A DNA stretch of 60,000 bases from Laetmonice hystrix (lineage: Eukaryota). Below the pieces are notes generated by a model. That model ran no database searches and was not told the origin of the DNA. It worked only from the letters and a program-made list of their open reading frames with translations. Below are positions 10,770 through 22,621 of this stretch, in pieces. A program made the translations under genes and the position numbers. The stretch is taken from the NCBI GenBank assembly GCA_965235115.1, contig OZ249436.1, positions 46,626,001 through 46,686,000 of the forward strand. The letters run 5' to 3'. The first letter of the stretch is position 1, and every line of letters starts with the position of its first letter.

Positions 10770-12406
10770 CTGCAATTCAAGACAATAAAAAAAACTTGAA
10801 CAATTTTCTCTGATCTATGGGTTTCTTCTTAGGTCTGATAAATCTGCTGAGAATTTATTGGCATTATTTTTTACCATTGATACATTTGTTATTCCTATCC
10901 ACATAATTAATTATTAAGAAAGACAGTTGAGTCAAGAGAACCATCTCTGGATCAGAATTGGGGATCAATAGTTCAAGGAAATCAAATGAAAGGGTGCTAC
11001 TAATCACATATAAAGTAGGCTTAAAAATCATGAATGATGGCAAATATCTGCACTATGATCATAGAGTATTTCAAATCCATCTTCACTATGGTTGGTATGG
11101 CGAAGCCTTCCAAATAAAGTACGATAGGACAGGCATGTCTGTGTGGTAATGTCTTTGGAAGTCCTATGTCACCAACTGGTTGTGTTTAATCATCAGGACT
11201 GTGATTCCATTTTCAGGTTGGTGCCATTTCTTATTTTTTTATCGTCAGATTATATCCTACATTCCCTAATAATCCATCCCACTCTATGGTTGCAACAAGG
11301 ACATAGAACTAGCTTCAGGCTCCAGTTTATGTAAACTCAATGATGTGGGTCAAAAGTATATCATAGATCAGGATCTTTATAACTGGAGGCACTTACAATT
11401 CACATACAGAAGGGCTGACCAATCCCTCTTTGTGATTCAGATTGTAGTTATATTTTACAATACAACAATACTCAGGAATCGTATTGTGCCTAGATTGTAA
11501 TCAGCAATGATCAGAGATAAGACAGACTGAGAGTGATGGTGAAAATGGTGGGAAACTGCTGTTGGTGAAACTAACATCATATATAGGGGTCGTCAAGCCC
11601 ATAGAGACCACAGTAAGCATCCTGTGATAAATCCCAGCCCTGGATGATATTCTTCTAATCTATGGTAAAACAGTCAATACCCTGGGTCATGCCCACTGGG
11701 TATACTTAAAAAAGGTAATACTGACACTATTCCGGGTCAGGAAATCGTTGTCTTTAGGCTCACACACCAGTCAGTGAATCCAGCTGTAGGTCAGTAAGTT
11801 GTGGGGCACCAAGGCCAATTACAAGAGAACATATAGTACTAATAGAATCAGTATTTAGCAATTCCACTGCGATATATTCAAATTAATGAGATTCTTAGGG
11901 GGCAATCCCCTAATGGTATCAGCAAAAGGCCTCTATTCTGACCTCAAAGGTTGTTTTACGTCATACATGACAGCCCCCCCCCCCCCACCTCCCCATAAAC
12001 CACCAGTTCTAAAACGGCTGTTCACACAAAGGAAGCGCACGTGTATATTTACTACCTTCCAAATCTTTCAGATCAGTCAATAAAGCAATATTCAGGTTTC
12101 ATAAATCTGAAAACAAAACATTAGCAGGGGTTTAAGAAATCCACTGTGCTGTCAGTGAGCTATAAAATTGAGGTCAGACCACAGTGCCCAATAATGTACA
12201 CGTTCTCCTGCTGCCCCTCCCCATGTATTCTTTTTCTCAACTGATTTACACCAATCTCATAATCGCAACCAAAAAGTTGGAATTCTAGCTGATCAGTTGG
12301 AAATTCTCATGCCTGGAAGAACCTCACATCTGGTACTAGTGGCAGCCTCCACGGAATGGCTTAAAACAATATATCAAGTAGCCACAAATATAATGGTCTG
12401 CACAGT

Positions 12407-12519
12407 CAGGCCTTGAAAAATCTGGAACCCAGACACCCGGGACAACCAAAATTTGCATTGGGCTCCCAAACATCTGCTTGCCCAGTGGGTCATGCGTTGG
12501 CAAGATATTTCGAGGCCTG
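12407..12519. mobile_element. Short MITE
   Basis: TIR caggccttgaaaaatc / gatatttcgaggcctg; 5-bp TSD acagt. Confidence 0.65.
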
Positions 12520-13447
12520 ACAGTTATGAAACATCTTAAACATATCTTAAAAGCGACTCATCATTTCAGAAACAGACATTTACTTCTCAACGACCAAAAT
12601 GTGGCAGATCAATGATAAAATTCACACTTTTTTTTTTAAATCGGTAGATCATAAGACTTTGAGCTTCTAAGCACATTCATAAGGCTATGCCGAGTTTGAG
12701 CCAACAATTTCAGTGTTTTACACATGTTATGGGATGTACTACTGATTGTTGTAGTACTGAGTATACTACGTGCAGGCCTCTGAAAATTGAAAATGTGCGT
12801 AACCAATAAATGGGTTCCGCAAATTTCTTTCAGGTAACCCATTCATTTTGCGTAACCCATTTACAAAACTACGGTATTAGGCTATGTGAACTCAGTAAAA
12901 GACTTATTACCGGTACTGACACATGGATATGGATTTCTTTTTAAATATTATTCAATAAACATAGCGATATACTGAGAAGCATGCCGAAGAAGACATTAAA
13001 AGATTGTCAATTATTGTCTATTTCAACAGAACCGGCGAGTTTGCATGAACACAGATGAACAGAGAACAGGGTTACACAAATTGACATCAACGCGCTTGGG
13101 CGCATGAAACGAAACCAAATTTATACGTTTAAGCTTTGCTGTGCGATAACAAATTTATGTGACAAGGACATTATAAAATGAGCTTCACTATCTGGATTTG
13201 TTCCACATGTATATCCACATTTTTATTACATAAGGAAAAAATTATCTTCACAAAAATGAATTTTGCTAAGGTTGAAATATTTACGATAACTTCCAACTTA
13301 GGACAAAATTCACAAATTGTGGCTCATACTCGGAAAGGTTCTGTACTTGGCCTCTCCTCAGAAGTCAGCATTCTGTTTGCATGAAATGACACTTTTTATC
13401 AATTATTTTTTTTATATAATATTTACATTTTCTGATTAATGCATCTA

Positions 13448-15407
13448 TATAAGGTGGCTGGGAAGCGACATGAAGAATTTTTTTTTAAAAGGATGGCTAA
13501 TTCGTTTAAATGAAATAATAATTCGTCCAGACAAAATAATAAATTTGTTCAAACAAACTAATTCGTTTAAATGAAATAACATTTCATCCAAACGAATTAG
13601 TACAGCTCTATGAATTAATAATATCATAGTTTGTTTCACTAACCAAACAGAACCTGCAAATCTTTTGATATTTTATCAGAATTAAGGGAAGCCGTCTTTC
13701 CGTGGTAATCTCAGTTTCATTCAACATAATTCAAAGAGTGTAAAACAAATTAATCAAGACTCCACTTGGCATGTGCTTTATTATGCAGCTACATGTATTC
13801 AAGAAATCATTGTCTCCCTTTAGGCAGCATTCCATGTTTTGTAAGCGAACGAAGATGAAGAAAGAAACTTTCATATGGAGTCTACATGAAACTGTCTCTG
13901 TATTTCAAAATGAATCTGAAGGCTGGCCTTAGGTCTACAAAACTCAATGTCTTGTACATTACTAACCAGAACTTGCAGGTATTCTCCAGCCATATCGCAC
14001 AACAGTAAATCTGATTCTGTGGCAAACAGGCCTTTTCAGGAGAGGAGCGCGATCGCTCTTGCACTCCATCACGCTCCTGATTTAGGATTGGGGAGAGTGA
14101 TAATCACGCTCCCCCAATGTCTGACAGTCTGTATGAAACTGAAAGAGAAAACTGGGTCAGTCAGCACTGCAGTGCCGTGAGTAGCTCTCCTGAGCCATTC
14201 CAGGAGCGTGATAATCGCTCTCCAGCGATTTTCTTATGAGAAGACCTGGACAAGGCGAACACTTTTAGCCAACAGTTACTGTCCTTCATCCAGCTTTCTG
14301 GTGTCCCTTGAATTGTGATGTTGAGCCATGCAGGCATATTTATTTTGTCATCATAATGTTGATATTGGTGATATAGACCTGTCCAAAAACGACTTCATCA
14401 TAAAAAAAATGGTGTTCTCAAAAAGATCCTGAAAAATTGGATGCAGCATTTCCAACAACCACTTCCTGTGTGCCTGTTTCTAGAATATCTTGCAATTCAT
14501 CATTCGGTGTACCATTGTCTCGATACTTTTTTTAACTTATCGCTATGTCTTCCGTTTGATGAAAATACAACAGCCCCGTCTATGCCATGACTAAAATCGT
14601 GGCCAGGGTCATCCATAGAATAATTGTCACATGATACTTGATGGGATACATTTTTGTTTCTTCTGAACTTTTGTATTTGGGACATGGTTTCCTCATTTAG
14701 TGGTTCAGTTTGGAGGTATACCCTGAGCTGTTTCTTATGGTTAGCCTTCATAACGTCTTCTATGACTGAGTCTAACAGTAGAGGAGTCGAGTCAAAATTT
14801 ATCATACAGCAGCTGTAATTTTCAAGATTTCCATGGTAGGCTGACACACCATCGGGGAAAAAAAGTTGTATTGCTTCAGCTTGAAGATGTTCAATTCTCA
14901 ATGTCGTGTCAACTTGACAATAACGCGTGCCTCCACCAGTCTTTCCCCTCACTTGCCGAAGCCCATCAGAGAACCTCATCATCCAGCCAACCTCAACTTT
15001 CTTCACTCTTTTTTTTGCATTAGTGTTCCCTAAAAGTTTTTGCCATGGCTTTTTTACTTCCATTTTTACATTTCTCAAAAGAGTGTTTGTACTAATACTT
15101 GTGTCCTTTTCCATCGATCTTGCAAAAGTCTCTATTGCCACACGATTTCTGATGTTTTTTATACTCGGCTCCATCAACTGGTCATATGCAGCTACTTCAG
15201 TGTCGGTCTGAAAGGTTCAAATATGGTACCTTTCAGGCCATTTTGTTTTAAAAAACAAATTATTATTTCGTTTAAACGAAATGTTATTTTGTTTAAACGA
15301 ATTATTTTGTATGAACGAATTATTATTTCCTTTAAACGAAATTACTTCGTTTAAACGAATTAGCCAATCTTTTTAAAAACGTTTCATGTCACTTTCCAGC
15401 CACCATA
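13448..15407. mobile_element. Degenerate TIR element (IS3EU-like termini) enclosing variable exon V1
   Basis: ~150-bp imperfect inverted repeats: tataaggtggctgggaagcgacatgaa...ggctaattcgtttaaatgaaata (13448-13600) versus ...tttaaacgaattagcc...ttcatgtcactttccagccaccata (15245-15407). Flanks are catcta/tatcta (5 of 6 match). Confidence 0.55.
14500..15207 (-). CDS. Alternative terminal exon V1 (235 aa) with VEVGW...RQVRGKTGGGTR...LFFPDG motif, resembling N-terminal regions of G2E3-like/HECT-associated, TE-linked proteins
   Basis: Acceptor aacctttcag|ACC GAC ACT at 15208/15207 is in phase 0 with ORF 14500..15177; stop at 14500; AATAAA on the minus strand at 14339-14344. Family assignment is from motif recollection only. 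Confidence 0.65.
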   Translation of the reverse strand, partial: TDTEVAAYDQLMEPSIKNIRNRVAIETFARSMEKDTSISTNTLLRNVKMEVKKPWQKLLGNTNAKKRVKKVEVGWMMRFSDGLRQVRGKTGGGTRYCQVDTTLRIEHLQAEAIQLFFPDGVSAYHGNLENYSCCMINFDSTPLLLDSVIEDVMKANHKKQLRVYLQTEPLNEETMSQIQKFRRNKNVSHQVSCDNYSMDDPGHDFSHGIDGAVVFSSNGRHSDKLKKVSRQWYTE

Positions 15408-15495
15408 TATCTACATGTTGTCAACTTGTCATTGTGAGAATTTTATCATGATCTACACCAGTTAAATCATTTTGTGACAATCAGATAAAACTTAC

Positions 15496-16320
15496 CGTTT
15501 CAGATGCCGTATGCATGGAAGCCCCCATTGTCTGATACTGCCAAGAAGAACACCCAGGCTGTGATATGGAACCCTCGCCAGAGTCCTGGTATAAGTTACT
15601 GAAGTCTGCCTGGCTGAGCCATTGGGCCTCAGACTGGCCATAAGCGGAGTCGGGATAGAAGGGAGTTTCATCTCCCACAGCTGTCCGTTTGATGGGGGGT
15701 TCCCCCAATTCCATTTTGACGATCTGTCCTTCAGGTGCTTCCTCATCTCCCGGATATTGATGGAGGTCAGCTGATTGCTGCACTGAGGGTGAGAAACTTG
15801 ATGCACTGTGGGGCCGTCGGCCATGTACTCGTCGTTGTCCTGCTACCATCCTGGCCTGCTGAGCCACAGACTGTGGTGATCGGGTAACTGACATTGTATC
15901 GTTTTCATCATTGTCTGTGTCATCATCTTCTATTTTAATGATCATCTGGGGCGATTCTTCTTTAGGGGTTGGTGGACCACTAGAAGTTGTCAGCCTGGAT
16001 GAGGCAGGTCGTGGACTGTCAACTGAGCCAGACCTATCCTCGGTAGACCGGGATTTCACAGTCACCTTGTTTGGTGCTGGGGACTGTACGGACTGTGTCT
16101 CGCTAACCACCGGAGATTTCTCGGCTTCCTTCTGAGCTGCAAGTCCTTCAAACCTGTCGTTGATGTGAACCAGGAAGACATCATTGCTATCAACAGTCAC
16201 ACCAATCACAGCCTCTATCTTTAGCTCCTCTTCATACGTAAGCCCATTCTTACACAACAGCGTCACTGTCTCTGCGAGCAGATTTTTCACTCTCTCCTGG
16301 TCAGGCTTCATACTGTTCAT
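15496..16320 (-). CDS. Constant (shared) first coding exon, 275 aa: ~55-aa N-terminal domain (MKPDQERVKNLLAETVTLLCKNGL...VFLVHIND) plus Ser/Pro/acidic linker
   Basis: Acceptor ...atatgattgcag| at 16453/16452; in-frame upstream TAA at 16360-16362; first ATG at 16320; strong donor ACG|gtaagt at 15496/15495 in phase 0; the ORF stops 4 codons into the intron. Confidence 0.85.
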
Positions 16321-17379
16321 TGATTGGCTACACGATGATTCACACACTAAGCAGCCCGATTACTGCCTTCCGTATGCTTCACTTTCTTTTGTGCAAGGTG
16401 TCCTCTTGTCGATGAAAACTGGAGCTTGAGAGTTCGTCACTGCTGATCAGAGCTGCAATCATATTTACAATACAATAAGTACATACAATCTGCTTCAAAC
16501 CTCAGAACTTTACCGCCAGGTTGGAAGCCTATCGCACAATGCTGAAGGACGAGACTGTCACTAGATCACCCTGGAAATCATTTTTATGAAAATTCACAAT
16601 TTTAGTTGCCTTTTACATTAACCATTAGGCCTACAACCATGACCGGGGGGAAAAAATTGAGTACCGGAAAACCGTTGAAACGCCCCTGCCCCTGCATGGC
16701 CTAGCAATCTCCCCCCCTCACCCACTAATGATGTAACAACTACCGTTAGGCGGAATGCCACTATTAGTAAAAACGGTATTTTGTCTCGCCACACAGGCCT
16801 AGGCCCTAGCCTAAGAGTGACTAGCAGCAGTATGAGCAAATAATGAGGGGAGAAAAGCATTTATATAGACGGTCGGAAGCCTGAGACTGCGACACCGGCC
16901 GGAGTTCAACTCGACCACATCACACCAAGCGACTCGGTGCGACGCTGGCGGCCGTTACATACTCCAGACGCTAATTACAATACCGCGATTTGGCGCCTAA
17001 AGTACGGGTGTATTACGCCACATACTGTACCAATATAATCTTTTAATCTTAAACTACAAAAGGAAGATGGTACAAACCAAAAATTTCGTCTGGCAGTTCT
17101 TGGTAGACCTCATTTTTAGCTTGGTTCCAGCTCGATTCACGGATATTTTATGCAGGGAATTAGCGCCTAATACCAGCGTCCGGTCCCAGAGGCCTTTGCG
17201 CAAACGCTCGTGGCCCGACCTGGCGGCTACAGCGTGAACACTGCGATCGCAGCGCCACGTGGTGGGACGCGTTTTATTATTTTCATGTGAAGCGCTTTTT
17301 TCATTCCATCGGCTTGGAGTCTATGAGCTAGCCTAGGGCCTACCTAAAACATTAAATTTCAGGTCATGGGCGGATCCAG

Positions 17380-17631
17380 GGCCCGGCTTTTTTGTTTACT
17401 TTTCCACCGTGAGCAACGGTGAGCTGAGCTGAGCAAGAGTGAGCATGAGCTCATTCTCAGCGTTTTCGTGTTTTTTTGGGGGCTGCTTTTTTCATGAGGT
17501 GTGCTCATGGTGAGCAAGCTCGCGGAAAAACACCCGAAAAACGAAAATAGTGAACAAAACGGTTAGCATGAGCTTCTGCTGAGCTCAGCTCACCCTTGCT
17601 CACGGTGGAAAAGTAAACAAAAAACCGGGCC
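17380..17631. mobile_element. Palindromic MITE (PIF/Harbinger-like CWG target) nested in the left TIR of 17365-18057
   Basis: ggcccggcttttttgtttacttttccaccgtgagcaa / ttgctcacggtggaaaagtaaacaaaaaaccgggcc; 3-bp TSD cag; removing it restores gcggatccaggaatt. Confidence 0.8.
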
Positions 17632-17735
17632 CAGGAATTTTTTAGGGGGGCGGGGGGCTAACCATCGGGCAAAAACATATTGCCTATTCTAAAGCCAGTA
17701 AAGGCCTAAAATGTATGATAAATATGATCATAGTT

Positions 17736-17967
17736 CACTGGGGGATCCAGGGGGCCAAGGGGCCCGGCCCCCTTAAATTTTCTTTTCCCTCCCCCTTTTT
17801 TATGCGTTATTCGGACCCTGAAACCAGGATTACAACAAAATGCTTTAAAAAAGCCTCCTCTAAAGGGGCCCAAATGGCTACAATTACAATAAAATGATGC
17901 CGAGCGTAGTGAGGCTCAAAAAAAATTTCGGTGGGCCCCCCTTATCAAAATCCTGGATCCCCCACTG
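17736..17967. mobile_element. Second nested MITE
   Basis: TIR cactgggggatccagg / cctggatcccccactg; no clean TSD. Confidence 0.6.
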
Positions 17968-20900
17968 TATCTGGTTGGATGACAAAACATCGTTCAGAAT
18001 TTAAGGGGGGGCTGAAGCCCCCTTAGCCCCCCCCCCCCCTCCCTGGGTCCGCCCGTGCAGGTGTCTTGTGTTAAAAATCAAATCATCGACTAAATGGGGC
18101 GTAGGCTTATATCTAGGCCTACCTAGCGTTTTTTGATGTGTAGGCCTACGCATTTTAGAAGTTCTTTGAAAGTGGGAGGAAGGGGGCAAACTGAGCCATT
18201 TTTAACTTGTCAGAGGGGGGTAGGGGGCTTCCCCGGGGGCCTCCCAGGAAAATATTTAAATTTGGACGACCAAAAAAACCCTAGGCCTATTGATCAGGGC
18301 CATACAGCCAACCCATAGACTAATGTTGGGTGGGGCACATAAATTTGCAAATTCAGTTTTGCCTAAGTTTTGTAATAGAGATCTACTAACCATAGCCCTA
18401 CCTGCAACTGGCGCCACCTAGTGAGTATGCCTGCAACCTTCAGATTGTGGGTCCGACGCGCTAGTGCGCCCTCTACAGGCATGTTGCCTCTTACGCTGCT
18501 CACCCCATCCCAAGCACAACATGATGAGTGTTCGTTCCCAGCGGACGCATGCAATTAACTTAGGCGGCTTAGGGATTATTATTCTGCCTACATATGGCCT
18601 ATTGCATGGGGCCTATCCTCAGGAGAAGGGAGAATTGGGCCTACTTAGCCTATGATTTTGAGATGCTCACAAACTAGCAGGAGCCTATAGGAAAAGGGGG
18701 GCTATAGGGGGCCAGTATGGGGACTTTGAAATGAGGAGGGCCAGAGTATACCCCCACACACGCACCCACACACGTGCAACACACACACACACACACGCAC
18801 ACACACTTTTGACTCAGGAAAAACATGTTGTATTGTAGACTTCAAAGATCGAAGTCCAAGGAATCAAAAAACGCAAATAGGGGCCTACCCTCACATTTTT
18901 ATCTCCAAATGACGGGACATAACGTTTTTTGGTTGAGCCCCCCCCCCCCCCCCAGTTTCAAAGACCTTCCTACGCCCCTGACTATCCCTATATAGATACC
19001 TATTTCCATGTAGCCCCCCTCCCCAGCCCCATAGGCCTAGGACTAGGCCCTAGATCTACATGTTTCCAATGCTCTAAGCCTATAGTCTACAATTTTGTGT
19101 GCAAGGACAGAAATGAAAAACCTTTCTGTGAGAGTGGAGGGGTGCATGTCAGTGTGCCCCCATATACTCATGACGACAGACTGTGTTGTCATAGCAACCA
19201 CCCGGACACGGATGACCGGCCGTCCGGTTGAGGCGGATCGACCATGCAGTGGTCCTGAAGTCATCTTGCTGAGATCCTACGTCACGGTCCAAGCCACCCA
19301 GCCCCTTCCCCTGTTTCCTTCCCAGCTACTCCCGTCCTCGAAACCACCCCAGTTTTTGATGAGACCTCAGATGGTATCTGGGCCATACCTAGCTGTTAGT
19401 TAACATCTTCCTGCGGCGGCCTCAATGGTGGAACCCTGGACGCGAGCCCTGCTCTGTCGGACAGGTAACCGCGTGGGCGTTCCCCTCCAGACAGGTGTGT
19501 CATCCTAGAGACGCCGGGTCGTTTATCTCCGGCCGGCTGGCGTACACTGAGGGAGAGTCTGGTCACCTAGACCTGCCGGACGGGTCGGCCGGTAGACGGG
19601 TGGTAGTGGCGACGACCGGCCGGGTCAGGAGGCGATCTCTGCCCGGATCGTGGCGCTTTGAGAAGCGCACGTTGTCTGTCTCCAGCACAACTGCTGAGCT
19701 GTTCTCCAGACAGGTAAGGTAGACGACCTTACAGTCTTGTAAGCAATTAAGTGTGTCGCTATGTCGCTTATGCAGGGTTACTTGTTTTGTAGGGGCCTTA
19801 CTGTAACTTTTATGTTTGTGTGTCCAGGCTATGTGTGTGTTCCTACGTGCACAGTGGCGTTCAAGTTTGTCTGTATCTATGTAATTGTAAAACATACCCA
19901 GACCTCATTACATATAGGCCTAGAGGTATGCATATTATGTTGGCTTATGGATGGATGTTTTGTTATAGAAGGACTCTCCACTGTGCACGGATAGAATGTA
20001 CCTAGGCCTGCTGTGCATATTTTTTTCTATGTGTTTATTTACTCTCAGCAGTCGCATTATGTCCCATGTCGCCTGCCCTGTTGTGCCCTAGTTGGACGTC
20101 ACCCAGTCTTGATCAGGGTAAGATCCCACTGTACCCCCATCCCAAGCACAACCCCCAGCGGCTATACGTGGGGAGGGGGCGCTGAAAGGGGTCAAGTAAG
20201 GTCATGGTAGCCTATATGTCATAAAGGTGGCGTGACGGGGTGAACGCACATGACGTGTAGAGTTATAACAATGTCATACTTTAAAACGTCACTGTTGACT
20301 GGAGACGTCGACCGGGGACCAGGCGGTGGGGGTGTACGGGGTAAGAGTGGGGGTGGGGATAAGTGACTCGGCCCCACATCTATGTCGGTTTTGACTGAAG
20401 GTCGCGACAGGTGCGTGCACACAGGAAGAGTGCACGCGACAAGTGTCACCACCACGACTGTGGAATGTTGGTGAAGGTCTATAACTGGCAACGTGGCAAA
20501 AACGAATCCCCCCACACCTTGACCTCATCCCCAGGATCATTGGCGAAAGGGCGGGGACCTATTGTCACGCAGAGGGTAACATGCAGAGTAAGGAGCAAGT
20601 TAACTATATACATGTACCCATAGGCGCCGGAAGCGGGGGGGGGGCGGGGTCGACCGAATAATCTGGAGGGGGCATCTCCCCAATAATCTGTGATCTCGAA
20701 TGAAAAAAATGCATGTTTTCCCGCATACCCCCTTACATGGCATGAATCACATTCGCTTCGGATCTCTTGCCCCCCCCCCCCCTCCCTTAACTGCGTTCGG
20801 CGGCGTTGACTCTACTCAGAACACGCCAACGCCGACACGTGAACGCCTATGGAACCTGCACTTTGAAAATGACTTGTAGGCCTACATTCTTCTATTCACG

Positions 20901-21145
20901 CGTGAACCGTGAAACGTGAGCCGTGACATGTGAAGCATGCACTCCTATGGAAACCCAGCATAATTGCATCAACATGAATTGTTCCAAGCAAAAAAAAAAT
21001 ACTTTAAAATCATAGAACTCAAGACACGTGTCTCGAGTACTATGTGTCTTGAGTTCTGTGTTTCAAGGTAAAGCGATCGTCAATGACATTTCTTTTGCAG
21101 TTATTTTGTTACATTTCGACTCGCCTTCTAATGTAAAACTATTAA

Positions 21146-21721
21146 AGGGAAATGTGAGTGTTCGACGGAATTTGATTGACCACTAGAATTTTCAAAATAT
21201 TTTTATGGGGATAGCCTTTGTCCTTAGGAGTACAAAGAAACAAAAAAGATCATATGTCACCGAATTAGTTTTTTTTATACAGGCCTCCGTAAAAAGTGGG
21301 TCTTTACTATAGGTTTCAATGGGGAAAAAACAAGATTTTTCAGACATTTTGACTAATAGTTAAAAAATGACCACCAATTTTTTTCCTGAAACTCGGTGAC
21401 AAGATAAAGTGGATCAGGACTAATAGTTTAAAACACAAAAAAATTGGTGGTCGCCGAATCAAAAAAAAAGTTACAGCCTGCCAAACAGTCAGTGCCTTGG
21501 TAAAACACGGGTCTTAACTATAGCATTCAATGGAGTAGACAGGTTCTGGCACACAGTTTGGTTCATGGTTTAAAAAATACTACTGATTTCCACATCAAAC
21601 TAGTTGACTGCATAAATAAGGGAAACATTTTTCTGTTAAAGCTCACTACGCGGCGCTTTGAATACTCACATTTCCCCAGTGGTACCTCACTAGGTGGCGC
21701 TTTGAACACTCACATTTCCCT
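21146..21721. mobile_element. Non-autonomous Kolobok-like DNA transposon
   Basis: TIR agggaaatgtgagtgttc / gaacactcacatttccct with TTAA on both sides; partial second copy of the right end at ~21651-21678. Confidence 0.8.
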
Positions 21722-22621
21722 TTAAGTGTAGCCTACATCACTAATGAACTACTGAAATGCGGTCCGCTCAATTTATGTATGGCCTAGAGTACTAAATATC
21801 TCCACAGCAAGAATCTGACCAACAAAGTAACCGAGACGGTATGTTGAATCATAAAATGAATGAGGACATGAATGGCCTGGAGGTCCTGGAGGACGTATAG
21901 GCCTAGACATGGGCCCATCAGTAGTATCAACGCGTAAGTAAGTTAGGCCCATGCATGCATACGTTCCAGATCCAGAATCCAGTTTCATCGCTGTAACTAT
22001 AAGTTTCGAAAATTAATTTCTTTAAATGAATTGAAACAGACACGATTTGTATGACTCTCAGCATGGCTGAGCGGGTCCCCCTAGCTCCCCCTAGCGTCCC
22101 CTTTCCCCTTCCTGTCTGCCGTCTGAATTGACCGGGCACGAGTATCACAGATGTCGGAAACTTTTATTGACAGTTTATGGTACCTGACCTGGCCTGACGG
22201 TTAATGACAGTCCACGAACTATGTTTATAGATAGTTAGGAGTCTAAGATCGGACGTTTATTTTGCAAATATTTAATCGTAAAGAGTATACCTCGAGTTAT
22301 TTTTTTGGCACGGGTGGTGTCCTTCAATTTTCAAAGAACCTCAGATTATACATCGGTTTAAAACCTACGCTAGCCCATTAAACGCCCTCAAACCCATACG
22401 CTAGTCCTCTAGAGGTTGAGGAAGGCGTTAAAGAAGGCATGCGAAAATGCTCTTTAACGCAGGCCTACTGCAAATAATTCTAAATTACCTCACCGTTGGT
22501 GAGAGAAGCACAGATCTTGGCTCTATCAAAGTGCACCCGCCTATTATATCTCAGCAGGAAGACGAAAATACGATGATTTTGCAAATTTTACGTCACGTAA
22601 CGGTGACGTGACACCGGCGTG

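Larger units (their letters stand above)
17365..18057. mobile_element. MITE with two nested insertions
   Basis: TIR catgggcggatccagg / cctgggtccgcccgtg, 5-bp TSD caggt. Confidence 0.8.

Noticed and set aside
19095..20623. ORFs at 19.1-20.6 kb as coding exons of the MACPF gene
   Set aside because: The MACPF model already has a signal-peptide ATG at 22622 with upstream in-frame stops, and these ORFs show no domain features.
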